In this document: positions 16,670 through 25,388 of the stretch, one piece after another
How positions within the stretch are numbered: the first letter of the stretch is position 1
How the letters are laid out: every line of letters begins with the position of its first letter
Assembly (NCBI GenBank): GCA_011525755.1
Contig: WYBS01000193.1
Location: 20,962 to 84,961 of the forward strand
DNA from: Planctomycetaceae bacterium
GTDB lineage: Bacteria > Planctomycetota > PLA2
Direction of reading: 5' to 3'
Length of the DNA stretch: 64,000 nt
Program-made: the position numbers and the translations under genes
Notes under the pieces: generated by a model
What the model saw: the letters and a program-made list of their open reading frames with translations, nothing else
What the model was told of the DNA's origin: nothing
Database searches by the model: none

Positions 16670-17806
16670 GTGGCCATCCTCCTGACCGGCGGCACGGGGT
16701 ACATCGGCAGCTACGTGGTCGCCCGGCTCCTCGAGGCGACCCCGGAGCCGCTCCTGCTCCTCGCGCGCAAGGCGTCGAAGGAGGGGCTCTGGCGCGCGCT
16801 CCAGCTCCACCTCGACGAGGCGGCGTTCCGCAAGGCGCTCCGCGACGGACGGATCAAGGGGGTCGAGGGGGACCTCACGGCCCCGGGATTCGGCCTCGAC
16901 GCGGGCGCCCTCGAGCGGCTCACGAAGGAGACCGACTCGATCATCCACATCGCCGCCTCGCTCAACCGGAAGTCGGAGCGCGCCTGCCTCAACACGAACC
17001 TCCGCGGCACGCTCCACCTGATCGAGCTCGCGCGCCGCGCCCAGGACGACCACGGCCTCCGCCGCATCAGCCACGTCTCGACCGTCGCCGTCGCCGGGCA
17101 GCGCCAGGACGAGGTGGTGAAGGAGGACACGGCGATCGACTGGGAGCGGAACGACTACGACCCCTACGCCCGGACGAAGAAGTTCTGCGAGTACATGATC
17201 ACGCGGCTCCTCCCCGAGGTGCCGCGGACGATCTTCCGGCCGAGCGTCGTCCTCGGCGACAGCCGGCGCCCGGAGACGACGCAGTTCGACATGGCGAAGG
17301 CGTTCGTCTTCCTCGCGCGGCTCCCGTTCCTCCCGCTCCGCCGGGACGACCGGATCGACATCGTGCCCGTGGACTACGTCGCGGACGCGATCGCCACGAT
17401 CCACCTGCGCGAGCCCGCGCCGCACTCGATCTACCACCTCGCCGCGGGCGAGGACGCGCCGACCTACGCGGAGGTCACCTCCGCGGTCGCCGACGCGCGA
17501 AGGAAGTCGCCGCCCTGGTTCTGGCCGTGGGCAGAGAGGCCCTTCGCCGGCACCGCGCGCTTCCTCGCGGGGTTCCGCGGCACGGGCGTCGGGAGCGCGG
17601 CCGCGCGCCTCCAGGTGTTCATGCCCTACCTCACCTACAACACGGTCTTCGACAACTCGCGCGTGGTGAGCGCCCTCGGGCGGAAACCCGCGCGCTTCCC
17701 GGCGTACTGCGCGCGGCTCCTCGAGTGGTGCCTCGCGCACAAGTTCGAGTACCCCTACGTGGACCTCCCCCGGGACCCCCTCTCTTCCGCGGAGACGGCT
17801 CGATGA
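16670..17806 (+). CDS. Stand-alone thioester/fatty-acyl reductase (extended SDR, NAD_binding_4-like)
   Basis: GTG start preceded by the strong Shine-Dalgarno GGGAGGGGGGG. The N-terminus is MAILLTGGTGYIGSYVVARLL (TGxxGxxG), with a catalytic YARTK (YxxxK). The stop overlaps the next gene's ATG (ATGATG/TGA). The track ORF 15326-17806 is an out-of-frame read-through artefact upstream of 16670. Confidence 0.8.
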   Translation: MAILLTGGTGYIGSYVVARLLEATPEPLLLLARKASKEGLWRALQLHLDEAAFRKALRDGRIKGVEGDLTAPGFGLDAGALERLTKETDSIIHIAASLNRKSERACLNTNLRGTLHLIELARRAQDDHGLRRISHVSTVAVAGQRQDEVVKEDTAIDWERNDYDPYARTKKFCEYMITRLLPEVPRTIFRPSVVLGDSRRPETTQFDMAKAFVFLARLPFLPLRRDDRIDIVPVDYVADAIATIHLREPAPHSIYHLAAGEDAPTYAEVTSAVADARRKSPPWFWPWAERPFAGTARFLAGFRGTGVGSAAARLQVFMPYLTYNTVFDNSRVVSALGRKPARFPAYCARLLEWCLAHKFEYPYVDLPRDPLSSAETAR

Positions 17807-19206
17807 TGGACCTCGTCCTCGAGGCCTGGATGACCTCCCTCATCGAGGCGAGCAAGCTGCGGTACGTCCTCGGCGGCGGAGATCGCTGGAAGCCGGGCCG
17901 GCCGCTGAAGCTGCTCTTCGTCGGCTACAACGGCGCGCGGAACACCGGCTCCGACGTGCGCGTGGACGGCATGGTGAACCAGATCCGCCACGTCCTCGGC
18001 GCGGCCAACGTCGAGATCTCCGTGATCTCCCAGGACTTCGCGCTCACGAAGGGGTACTTCGGCGGCGCGAAGCTCGTGAAGCTCCAGGACATCTTCCCCC
18101 CCTTCCTCTTCCGCGAGGTGCCGAAGCACGACGGCGTGATCGCATGCGAGGGGTCGATGTTCAAGAGCAAGTTCGCGGACGCGCTCACGGTGATGATGGT
18201 CGGCGCGCTCGGCATCGCATCCGCCTACAACAAGGTCTCCGTCGCCTACGGCGCCGAGGCCGGCCACATGAACCTCGTCCCGCGCTGGATGGTGAAGCGC
18301 TACTGCAAGGACACGCTCGTCGTGACGCGCAGCGAGGAGTCGCGGGCGCTGCTCGGGAGCCTCGGCGTGCCGTCGGAGCTCGGCACCGACACGGCGTGGA
18401 CCTTCGAGCCCCATCCGCCCGAGTACGGGGAGGAGCAGCTCCGGAAGGCGGGCTGGAAGGGGGAGCCGCTCCTCGTCCTCTGCCCCATCAACCCCTTCTG
18501 GTGGCCGGTCAAGGCGTCGGTCGGGAAGGCGCTCCTCCGGCTCTTCGGCGCGTACAAGGAGAGCCACTACCGGTCGATCTACTTCCACAAGTCGGGCCCC
18601 TCGGTCGACGCCGCGTACGAGCGCTACCTCGACGCCTACGCGAACGCGACGAAAGCGTTCCGCGAGCGCCGGAAGGTCTTCCCCGTGCTGGTCGCGATGG
18701 AGCAGCTCGACGCGCGCGCGTGCCGGCGGATCGCGGAGAAGCTCGGCGGCGCGCCGGTCTTCAGCTCGAGCGACTACGACATGTACGAGCTCGTCTCCAT
18801 CGCGCGCAAGGCCGACCTCATGATCTCCTCGCGCTACCACGGCATCGTGACCACGATGCCCGCGCTCGTCGCCTCGGCCGGCGTCACGATGGACGAGCGC
18901 ATCCGCAACCTGATGCGGCAGCGCGGCCAGCCGCAGCTCTCGCTCGAGTGCGACGATCCCGAGCTGGAGAGCAGGATCCTCGCGACCCTCGAGGACCTCC
19001 ACGAGGGCGCGGAACGGGTCCGGGAGGGCATCGGCCGGACCGTCGTCGCCCACCTGAAGGAAATGGCGAAGATGGGCGTCTACTTCGAGGACAACGTCAG
19101 GAAGCTCTACCCCGAGTTCCCCGGAAGGACGGGCGTCCACGGCTGGCGCGAGTACCTCCCGCCGCTCTCGCCGCGCCTCAACGGCCTCGTCGAGCGCTAC
19201 GGTTGA
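17803..19206 (+). CDS. Polysaccharide pyruvyl transferase family protein (CsaB/WcaK-like fold)
   Basis: 467 aa starting MMDLVLEAW. Family-typical N-terminal motif KLLFVGYNGARNTGSDV and C-terminal motif ADLMISSRYHGIVT (compare xLxISxRLHGxI). Its 4-nt start/stop overlaps with both neighbours place it inside the lipid operon. Confidence 0.65.
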   Translation: MMDLVLEAWMTSLIEASKLRYVLGGGDRWKPGRPLKLLFVGYNGARNTGSDVRVDGMVNQIRHVLGAANVEISVISQDFALTKGYFGGAKLVKLQDIFPPFLFREVPKHDGVIACEGSMFKSKFADALTVMMVGALGIASAYNKVSVAYGAEAGHMNLVPRWMVKRYCKDTLVVTRSEESRALLGSLGVPSELGTDTAWTFEPHPPEYGEEQLRKAGWKGEPLLVLCPINPFWWPVKASVGKALLRLFGAYKESHYRSIYFHKSGPSVDAAYERYLDAYANATKAFRERRKVFPVLVAMEQLDARACRRIAEKLGGAPVFSSSDYDMYELVSIARKADLMISSRYHGIVTTMPALVASAGVTMDERIRNLMRQRGQPQLSLECDDPELESRILATLEDLHEGAERVREGIGRTVVAHLKEMAKMGVYFEDNVRKLYPEFPGRTGVHGWREYLPPLSPRLNGLVERYG

Positions 19207-20693
19207 ACTTCCTCGAGCGGATCCACTCGAGCCTCCTCGAGGGCGGCGACCGCGCCGCGGTCCGCGAGGGCCCGCTCTCCGTCCGCGCGCGCGACCTCCT
19301 CGCGATGATCGCGTCCGCCCGCGCGTTCCTGCGCCACGCGGGAGTGAAGCCGAAGGACCGCGTGGCGCTCTGGGGCGACAACAGCGCGCGCTGGGTGGCG
19401 CTCGATCTCGCGATCATGGGCGAGGGCGCGATCACCGTGCCGTTCTACGGCCGCCAGCCCGGGAAGGACGTCCTCCGGATGGTCGCCGACTGCACGCCCG
19501 CGCTCCTCCTCTGCGACACGCGCGAGCGGCTCGACGCGGTCGGCTCCGGCTGCCTCTTCGAGGAGGCGAACGAGGCCGGCAAGGTCGAGGAGCCCCTCCC
19601 CCGCGCCCCCTCCGATCCGGTGCGGATCGTGTACACGTCCGGCACCTCGGGCGAGCCCAAGGGAGCGGTCTTCCACCTCGGGAACGTCGATTTCATGCTC
19701 CCGCGCGTGCTCGGCCGCGTCGAGGAGGTGATGGGCGGCCCGGCCCGGGACGAGCGCGTCTTCCACTACCTCCCCTGCTGCTTCGCGGGGTCGTGGATCC
19801 TCATGCTCAGTTGCCTCGCGCGCGGGACGGAGCTCGTCTTCTGCACCGATCTCGAGAAGCTGAAGGAGGAGATGCGCGCGGCGGATCCGCACTGGATGCT
19901 CAACGTTCCGCTGCTCCTCGAGCGCATGCGCGCGGGGATCGAGCGGCAACTGGGGGGGGCCCGGGGGCCGAAGGCGTGGCTCTGGAGGCGGGCGTTCGGC
20001 CGGAGACTCCTCGCGCCGCTCGTCCGGCGGAGGATCGCGCCCTCGCTCAGGGCGCTGATCTGCGGGTCGGCGCCCCTCTCCGAGGAGACGCAGCGGTTCT
20101 TTATGATGCTCGGGTTGCCCGTGCTCCAGGTCTACGGCCTCACCGAGACGACGGCCATCTGCACGATGGACCGTCCGGGCTCGGTCGTGCCGGGCCGCGT
20201 CGGCAGCGCGGTCGACGGCTGCGAGATGAAGCTGGACGGGAAGGGCGAGATCCTCGTCCGCGGGCCGAACGTGTTCCCCGGGTACTGGGGGAGGGAGCCG
20301 CAGGGCGAGTGGCTCGCGACCGGGGACCTCGGCGACGTGGACGAGGCCGGGCGCTGGCGCATCGTCGGCCGGGCGAAGTACGTGATCGTCCTCGCGTCGG
20401 GCCACAACGTGCCGCCGGAGCCGATCGAGGAGAGGTTCTCGGACCTCGGCCAGGTGATGCTCGTGGGCCACGGGCGGAAGTTCCTCGGGCTTCTCGTGGC
20501 GGGGGACCGGGGGAACGCGGACCTCGCGATCGCCGCCGCGAACAGGGATCTCCCCCACTACAAGCAGGTGCGGGCCTACCGCCGCTGCCCGCCGTTCACG
20601 GTCGAGGAGGGGCTCCTGACCGCGAACGGCAAGCTCCGCCGCGACGCGATCCTCTCGAAGCACGCGACGCTCATCGAGGAGATGTACCGGTGA
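19203..20693 (+). CDS. AMP-dependent synthetase/ligase (fatty acyl-CoA or acyl-ACP ligase)
   Basis: AMP-binding motif YTSGTSGEPKG, then GYGLTET and the C-terminal lysine region. The putative TTG start at 19203 overlaps the upstream TGA (TTGA); a downstream in-frame ATG (MIASARAF) is an alternative start. Confidence 0.85.
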   Translation: MNFLERIHSSLLEGGDRAAVREGPLSVRARDLLAMIASARAFLRHAGVKPKDRVALWGDNSARWVALDLAIMGEGAITVPFYGRQPGKDVLRMVADCTPALLLCDTRERLDAVGSGCLFEEANEAGKVEEPLPRAPSDPVRIVYTSGTSGEPKGAVFHLGNVDFMLPRVLGRVEEVMGGPARDERVFHYLPCCFAGSWILMLSCLARGTELVFCTDLEKLKEEMRAADPHWMLNVPLLLERMRAGIERQLGGARGPKAWLWRRAFGRRLLAPLVRRRIAPSLRALICGSAPLSEETQRFFMMLGLPVLQVYGLTETTAICTMDRPGSVVPGRVGSAVDGCEMKLDGKGEILVRGPNVFPGYWGREPQGEWLATGDLGDVDEAGRWRIVGRAKYVIVLASGHNVPPEPIEERFSDLGQVMLVGHGRKFLGLLVAGDRGNADLAIAAANRDLPHYKQVRAYRRCPPFTVEEGLLTANGKLRRDAILSKHATLIEEMYR

Positions 20694-21454
20694 TCCGCAC
20701 GAAGCTCGAAGGGGGCGTGCTCGAGATCGAGCTCTGCCGGGAGCCCTTGAACGAGATCGGCACCGAGATGCTCGGGGCGCTCGAGAAGGTGGATCTCGGG
20801 GGGGCGCGCGCGGTCGTGCTCCATAGCTCGCTCCGGCAGGGGTTCTGCGCGGGCGCGGATCTGCGCGAGCTCTATCACGCCGGCAAGGGCATGAAGCCCG
20901 CCGAGCGGAGAAAGGGCGTCCGGGAGTTCCTGGGGCGCATCCACGCGTTCCTGAACCGGCTCGACGAGGCGCCGGTGCCGACGGTCGCGGCGGTCCACGG
21001 CGCGGTCTTCGGCGGCGGGCTCGAGCTCGCGCTCGCGTGCGACCTGATCGTCGCCGACCGGTCGACGCGGTTCGCCTTCCCGGAGCTGCGGCTCGGGCTC
21101 GTGCCGGGGTTCGGGGGCATCCCGCGGCTGAAGCGGGACGTCCCGAACTCGCTCGTGCGCGACCTCCTCTTCACGGGCCGCTCGATCAACGCGGAGAAGG
21201 CGCTCCAGGCGGGCCTCGTGAGCCAGGTGGTCGCGGAGGGGCAGGCGCTCCGGGCGGCCCGCGCGACCGCGGCGCAGATGGCGAAGTTCGATCCGGCGAC
21301 GGCGGCGGCGGCGAAGAGGTTCGTGAAGCCGTTCCCGCGGGCGGAGCTGGAGAAGGAGATGGAGCTCTTCCTCGAGCTCTTCGAGCGCCCGGTGGTGCAG
21401 GACGCGCTCCGGAAGTTCGTGGAGGACAAGGGCCCGATGCCCTACCTCCCGTGA
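20690..21454 (+). CDS. Enoyl-CoA hydratase/isomerase (crotonase) family protein
   Basis: 254 aa from a GTG overlapping the upstream stop (GTGA). Crotonase fold signatures: oxyanion-hole region HGAVFGGGLELALACDLIVA, and GFCAGADL earlier. Confidence 0.85.
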   Translation: MIRTKLEGGVLEIELCREPLNEIGTEMLGALEKVDLGGARAVVLHSSLRQGFCAGADLRELYHAGKGMKPAERRKGVREFLGRIHAFLNRLDEAPVPTVAAVHGAVFGGGLELALACDLIVADRSTRFAFPELRLGLVPGFGGIPRLKRDVPNSLVRDLLFTGRSINAEKALQAGLVSQVVAEGQALRAARATAAQMAKFDPATAAAAKRFVKPFPRAELEKEMELFLELFERPVVQDALRKFVEDKGPMPYLP

Positions 21455-21459
21455 TTCGT

Positions 21460-21487
21460 TGTACGGAGCCTGACACGATTCAATGAA
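21460..21487. repeat. 28-bp direct repeat, copy 1 (TGTACGGAGCCTGACACGATTCAATGAA)
   Basis: It lies in the 28-nt gap between the crotonase stop (21454) and the small-peptide ATG (21483). Copy 2 sits 269 bp downstream with 26/28 identity. Confidence 0.8.
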
Positions 21488-21680
21488 CGGGAGGCGCGGC
21501 ATGGGCAAGATCACCCGCCACGAGTTCCTGGGCAGCCGCCTGCTCGTCGTGATCCTCTGCATGACGGTCATCGGGATCCCGATCGCGGTCATCCACCTGA
21601 TCGAGGGGCTCGTCACGATCGAGGAGGAGATCCCGGACCCGACGGCATTCATGGAGGCGTACCGGCGGAAGAACCCCTGA
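21483..21680 (+). CDS. Small hypothetical membrane peptide (one TM helix)
   Basis: 65 aa (or 59 aa from MGKITRHEF at 21501). Hydrophobic core LLVVILCMTVIGIPIAVIHLI. It sits between the crotonase and the ACP inside the operon, and is preceded by copy 1 of a 28-bp repeat and a GGGAGG Shine-Dalgarno. Confidence 0.45.
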   Translation: MNGRRGMGKITRHEFLGSRLLVVILCMTVIGIPIAVIHLIEGLVTIEEEIPDPTAFMEAYRRKNP

Positions 21681-21723
21681 CCGACAGCCCTCGGCGGGCG
21701 AACGCGACCCGTGCGGTAACCTG

Positions 21724-22041
21724 ATGGATGTACGGAGCCTGACACGAATCGATGAATACCAGGTTCTCATTGATAGGTGCCTGGCACACCTCAACGACAT
21801 GCGCACGCAAGAACAGACCGAGAGCGAGCTCCTCGACCTCGCGGCCGCCCACTTCAAGGCGGACCGCAAGACGCTCCGCCCCGAGGACGACATCTTCGAG
21901 AAGCTCGGGATCGACAGCCTCCAGGCCCTCGAGCTCCTGACGAGGCTCGAGCGCCACTTCGGCGTCGAGCTGCCCGACTACGAGCTCCAGGGCGTGAGCG
22001 ACTTCAGGACCCTCGCCGAGCGGATCTTCGTCCGGCTGTGA
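21724..22041 (+). CDS. Acyl carrier protein (dedicated ACP of the operon)
   Basis: [23 protein letters not shown] contains the DSL phosphopantetheine-attachment serine motif. The true start may be the internal MRTQEQTE (21799), giving an 80-aa ACP, because copy 2 of the 28-bp repeat overlaps codons 2-11 of the longer form. The stop overlaps the next GTG (GTGA). Confidence 0.85.
   Translation: MDVRSLTRIDEYQVLIDRCLAHLNDMRTQEQTESELLDLAAAHFKADRKTLRPEDDIFEKLGIDSLQALELLTRLERHFGVELPDYELQGVSDFRTLAERIFVRL
21729..21756. repeat. 28-bp direct repeat, copy 2 (TGTACGGAGCCTGACACGAATCGATGAA)
   Basis: It overlaps the first codons of the long form of the ACP ORF, upstream of the alternative ACP start at 21799. 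There are two mismatches to copy 1. Confidence 0.8.
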
Positions 22042-23684
22042 TCGACCTCGACCGCCACCCCTCGCTCGGGAGCATGCTCCGGGAGGCCTTGGACCGGTTC
22101 GGGGACGACCTCTGCCTCATCGAGGCCGACCGCGACCGCGAGCGCTGCCGCCTCACCTACGCAGAGGTGCGCGCGGCGCGCGGCAGGCTCGCGGGCGCGC
22201 TCGCCGCGGGCGGCGCCCGCCGCGTCGCGATCCTCATGACGAACCAGTCGAAGTGGCACTTGGCCGCCGCCGCCGCGCTGCACGTCGGCGCGACGGTCGT
22301 GCCGCTCGACCCGAAGCTCTCGCCCGAGGAGCACGCGACGCTCCTGAAGCACGCGGGCGCGGACACGCTCTTCGTCGAGCATCACCTGTACCGGAAGCTC
22401 GCCTACGACGGCCGCGCGATCGTCACCGAGGCGCCGCCGGGCTTCGATCTCCGGGGCGCCGCGCGGTTCGAGGAGTGCGAGGGCGAGGAGCCGCCGCTCG
22501 CGGAGCGCGCCCGCACCGACGTCGCCTGCATCGTCTACTCCTCGGGAACCGGCGGCCGGCCGAAGGGGTGCATGCTCACCCACGGCAACTACCTGTCGCA
22601 GCTGAAGGCGCTGCTCGAGAAGTTCCGCTTCGAGCGCGGCGACCGCTACCTCTCGATCCTCCCCACGAACCACGCGATCGACTTCATGTGCGGGTTCCTC
22701 GGCCCCTACGCGTGCGGCGCGACGGTCGTCCACCTGCGGACGCTCCGCCCCGAGTTCGTCCGCGACGCCTTCCCGCGCTACCGGATCGCCTATGCGGCGC
22801 TCGTGCCGATGCTCCTCCGGAACCTCCAGGCGGGCCTCGAGGAGAAGTTCAAGGCGCTCTCCGGCCCCCGCCGCCCCCTCCTTTCCGCGCTCCGGTGGTT
22901 GAACCGCGTCCTCACGAGGCGTCGCCCGCATCTCGGCCTCTCGAAGAGGCTCCTGCGCCCGGTGCACAGGGGGTTCGGGGGCGCGCTCAAGGCATTCTTC
23001 GCCGGCGGCGCCTTCACCGACCCGAAGATGCTCCGCTTCTTCTACGACCTGGGGATCCAGGTCGCGAACGGCTACGGCTTGACCGAGGCGGGCACGGTCG
23101 TCACCCTCAACGACTTCGAGGACTACCGCCCGGACACCGTCGGCCGTCCGCTCGAGGGCACCGAGGTGCGGATCGCCGACGCGGGCCCGGACGGGATCGG
23201 CGAGGTGTGCGTCAGGGGACCGACGGTGATGGCGGGGTATCTCGACGACCCCGAGCTGACCGCGCAGACGATCGAGGGCGGCTGGCTCCGGACGGGCGAC
23301 CTCGGCCGGCTCGAGCCTTCCGGGCACCTGTGCCTCTTCGGACGCAAGAAGAACATGATCGTGACCGCGGGCGGGAAGAACGTGTACCCGGAGGACATCG
23401 AGAACGTCTTCGACGGAGTGCCGGTGAAGGAGTTCTGCGTCTTCGCGGGCCACGTGATCCGCGACGACCGGAAGGAGCAGCTCCTCGTCGTCGTGCGGCC
23501 GGACGGCCGGGAGTGGCTCGCCGACCTGCAGGCGCGCAACCGGAAGCTCCCGGACTACAAGCGCGTGCATGCCTACATCCCGTGGGAGAAGGACTTCCCG
23601 CGGACCGCGTCGCTGAAGATCAAGCGCGACGCGCTCGCGGACGACCTCCGGGCGGCGGCGGGCGCGCCGGTGGTCGACCTGTGA
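22038..23684 (+). CDS. AMP-dependent synthetase/ligase, second copy (candidate acyl-ACP synthetase loading the adjacent ACP)
   Basis: 548 aa from a GTG. AMP-binding motif [19 protein letters not shown], and a C-terminal [10 protein letters not shown]. It lies immediately downstream of the ACP with a 4-nt overlap. Confidence 0.85.
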   Translation: MIDLDRHPSLGSMLREALDRFGDDLCLIEADRDRERCRLTYAEVRAARGRLAGALAAGGARRVAILMTNQSKWHLAAAAALHVGATVVPLDPKLSPEEHATLLKHAGADTLFVEHHLYRKLAYDGRAIVTEAPPGFDLRGAARFEECEGEEPPLAERARTDVACIVYSSGTGGRPKGCMLTHGNYLSQLKALLEKFRFERGDRYLSILPTNHAIDFMCGFLGPYACGATVVHLRTLRPEFVRDAFPRYRIAYAALVPMLLRNLQAGLEEKFKALSGPRRPLLSALRWLNRVLTRRRPHLGLSKRLLRPVHRGFGGALKAFFAGGAFTDPKMLRFFYDLGIQVANGYGLTEAGTVVTLNDFEDYRPDTVGRPLEGTEVRIADAGPDGIGEVCVRGPTVMAGYLDDPELTAQTIEGGWLRTGDLGRLEPSGHLCLFGRKKNMIVTAGGKNVYPEDIENVFDGVPVKEFCVFAGHVIRDDRKEQLLVVVRPDGREWLADLQARNRKLPDYKRVHAYIPWEKDFPRTASLKIKRDALADDLRAAAGAPVVDL

Positions 23685-24574
23685 CGCTTCCTGTAGCGCT
23701 CGCTGTCGTCAACCCGCACGCCGGCGGCGGACGCTGCGGGAGAAAGGCCGACGAGGCTCTCGCGAGGCTCCGGAAGGCGGGCGTCGCGTTCGAGGTGGCG
23801 CGGACGGAGCGGCCGGGCCACGCGGTCGAGATCGTGCGGGAGGCGTACGGGCGCGGCGTCCGCCGTTTCCTCTCGGTCGGGGGCGACGGCACCGGGTTCG
23901 AAGTGGTCAACGGCCTCCGATGGGAGGGGTCCGAGGGGGACCGCGCGACCCTCGGCTTCCTGCCGCTCGGGACCGGGAACTCCTTCCTGCGCGACTTCGA
24001 GGGCGACCCGTTCGAGCGCATCGCCTCGGGCCGGACGCGGCCGTGCGACGTGGTCCGGGTCCGGCACGCGGGGGGCGATGTCTACTCGATCAACCTCGTC
24101 GCCCTCGGGTTCCCGGCGGACGTCGGCGAGGCGACGAACCGGCGATTCAAGTGGGCGGGGCCCATGGGCTACGTCCTCGGCGTCCTCTCGTGCCTCGCGC
24201 GCCGCCCGCGCCACGTCCTCCCGCTCCGCGCGGACGGCGCGGAGGCGTGGGAGCGGGATCCCTGCCTCATGCTCGTCTTCGCGAACAGCCGCTTCACGGG
24301 CGGGAAGATGATGATCGCGCCGGACGCGCGCCCGGACGACGGGCTCATGGAGTTCGTGCGGCTCGGCCCCCTCGGACGGCTGTCGATCGTGCGCCGGCTC
24401 CCGCGCCTCTTCGACGGAACCTACGTGCGGTTGCCCGGCGCCTCGCGCCGGGGCGTGCACCGCGTCGATTTCGATCTCCCGGGGCCGGTGGGTGTCATGA
24501 TCGACGGAGAGGTGCTTCATCTCCACTGCCGCTCCCTCGAGGTGCTGCCCGGGAGGGTCGACGTCCTCGCATGA
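23681..24574 (+). CDS. Diacylglycerol/lipid kinase catalytic-domain protein (YegS/BmrU, sphingosine-kinase-like family)
   Basis: GTG start overlapping the upstream TGA. DAGK_cat signature [16 protein letters not shown], with a later GTGNSF. 297 aa. Confidence 0.82.
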   Translation: MTLPVALAVVNPHAGGGRCGRKADEALARLRKAGVAFEVARTERPGHAVEIVREAYGRGVRRFLSVGGDGTGFEVVNGLRWEGSEGDRATLGFLPLGTGNSFLRDFEGDPFERIASGRTRPCDVVRVRHAGGDVYSINLVALGFPADVGEATNRRFKWAGPMGYVLGVLSCLARRPRHVLPLRADGAEAWERDPCLMLVFANSRFTGGKMMIAPDARPDDGLMEFVRLGPLGRLSIVRRLPRLFDGTYVRLPGASRRGVHRVDFDLPGPVGVMIDGEVLHLHCRSLEVLPGRVDVLA

Positions 24575-25317
24575 AGGGCGGCTGGCTCGTGCTCAGGAGC
24601 ACGGTGCTCTGGACGGTGAGCATCCTCCACTTCTGCGTCGTCGTGCCGCTCGTGCTCCTGCTCGCCGCGATCCTCGGCTGGCAAAGGGTCGAGCCGCTCC
24701 TGCTCCTCGGCTGCAAGAACATCGTCCGCCTCGCGGGCGCGCGGCTCGTCGCGCACGTCCCCGAGGGCTTCGACCCCCGCGTCACCGGCTTTTTCGTCAG
24801 CAACCACGTGAACATCTTCGACCCGTTCGTCCTCTACTCGGCGGTCCCGAGGAAGTTCCGCGGCCTCGAGCTCGAGTCGCACTTCAGGATCCCGGTCTAC
24901 GGCTGGCTCATGAAGCGGTTCGGCAACGTGCCGGTGCCGGACGCGCGCACGCCGTCCGGGCTCAAGAAGACCTACCGGCTCGCGGGCGAGGCGATCGCGG
25001 CGGGAACCTGCCTGATGGTCTTCCCGGAGGGGAGCCGCACCCTCGACGGGCGCGTGGGCGAGTTCGAGGACGGAGTGTTCCGGATGGCGATCCAGCTGCA
25101 GGCGCCGATCACGCCGGTCTCCATCGTGGGCTCGTTCCGCTGGCAGAACAAGCTGTCGAGGCTGCTCCGGCCCGCGACGGTCCACGTCCACGTGCACGAG
25201 ACGGTGGACGTGACGGGGCTCACGCGGAAGGACCTCGACACGCTGCGCGAGCGCGTCCGCGCGACCGTGGCCGCCCCCGTCCACGCCGCCCTCGACGGGT
25301 CACGGCAGGAGCGCTGA
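24571..25317 (+). CDS. 1-acyl-sn-glycerol-3-phosphate (lysophospholipid) acyltransferase, PlsC family
   Basis: ATG overlaps the upstream TGA (ATGA). N-terminal TM segment; acyltransferase motifs HX4D (SNHVNIFD), FPEGSRT and a later VPIxxV-like block. It is the last gene of the operon. Confidence 0.85.
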   Translation: MKGGWLVLRSTVLWTVSILHFCVVVPLVLLLAAILGWQRVEPLLLLGCKNIVRLAGARLVAHVPEGFDPRVTGFFVSNHVNIFDPFVLYSAVPRKFRGLELESHFRIPVYGWLMKRFGNVPVPDARTPSGLKKTYRLAGEAIAAGTCLMVFPEGSRTLDGRVGEFEDGVFRMAIQLQAPITPVSIVGSFRWQNKLSRLLRPATVHVHVHETVDVTGLTRKDLDTLRERVRATVAAPVHAALDGSRQER

Positions 25318-25388
25318 GACGCAGAAGAGGGCGAGGTGCCCGAGCATGTCGCCTCGCCGGCCGTCACCCCCGTCACTCCGGTCAAGCA

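Noticed and set aside
15326-24574. Track ORFs 15326-17806 (826 aa), 18144-20693 (849 aa), 19793-21454 (553 aa), 21777-23684 (635 aa), 22253-24574 (773 aa) presented as single large proteins
   Set aside because: Each is the correct frame only for its 3' part. Upstream they overlap the preceding, well-supported gene in another frame. GTG/TTG/ATG starts overlapping the upstream stop give proteins of canonical length with proper N-terminal motifs.
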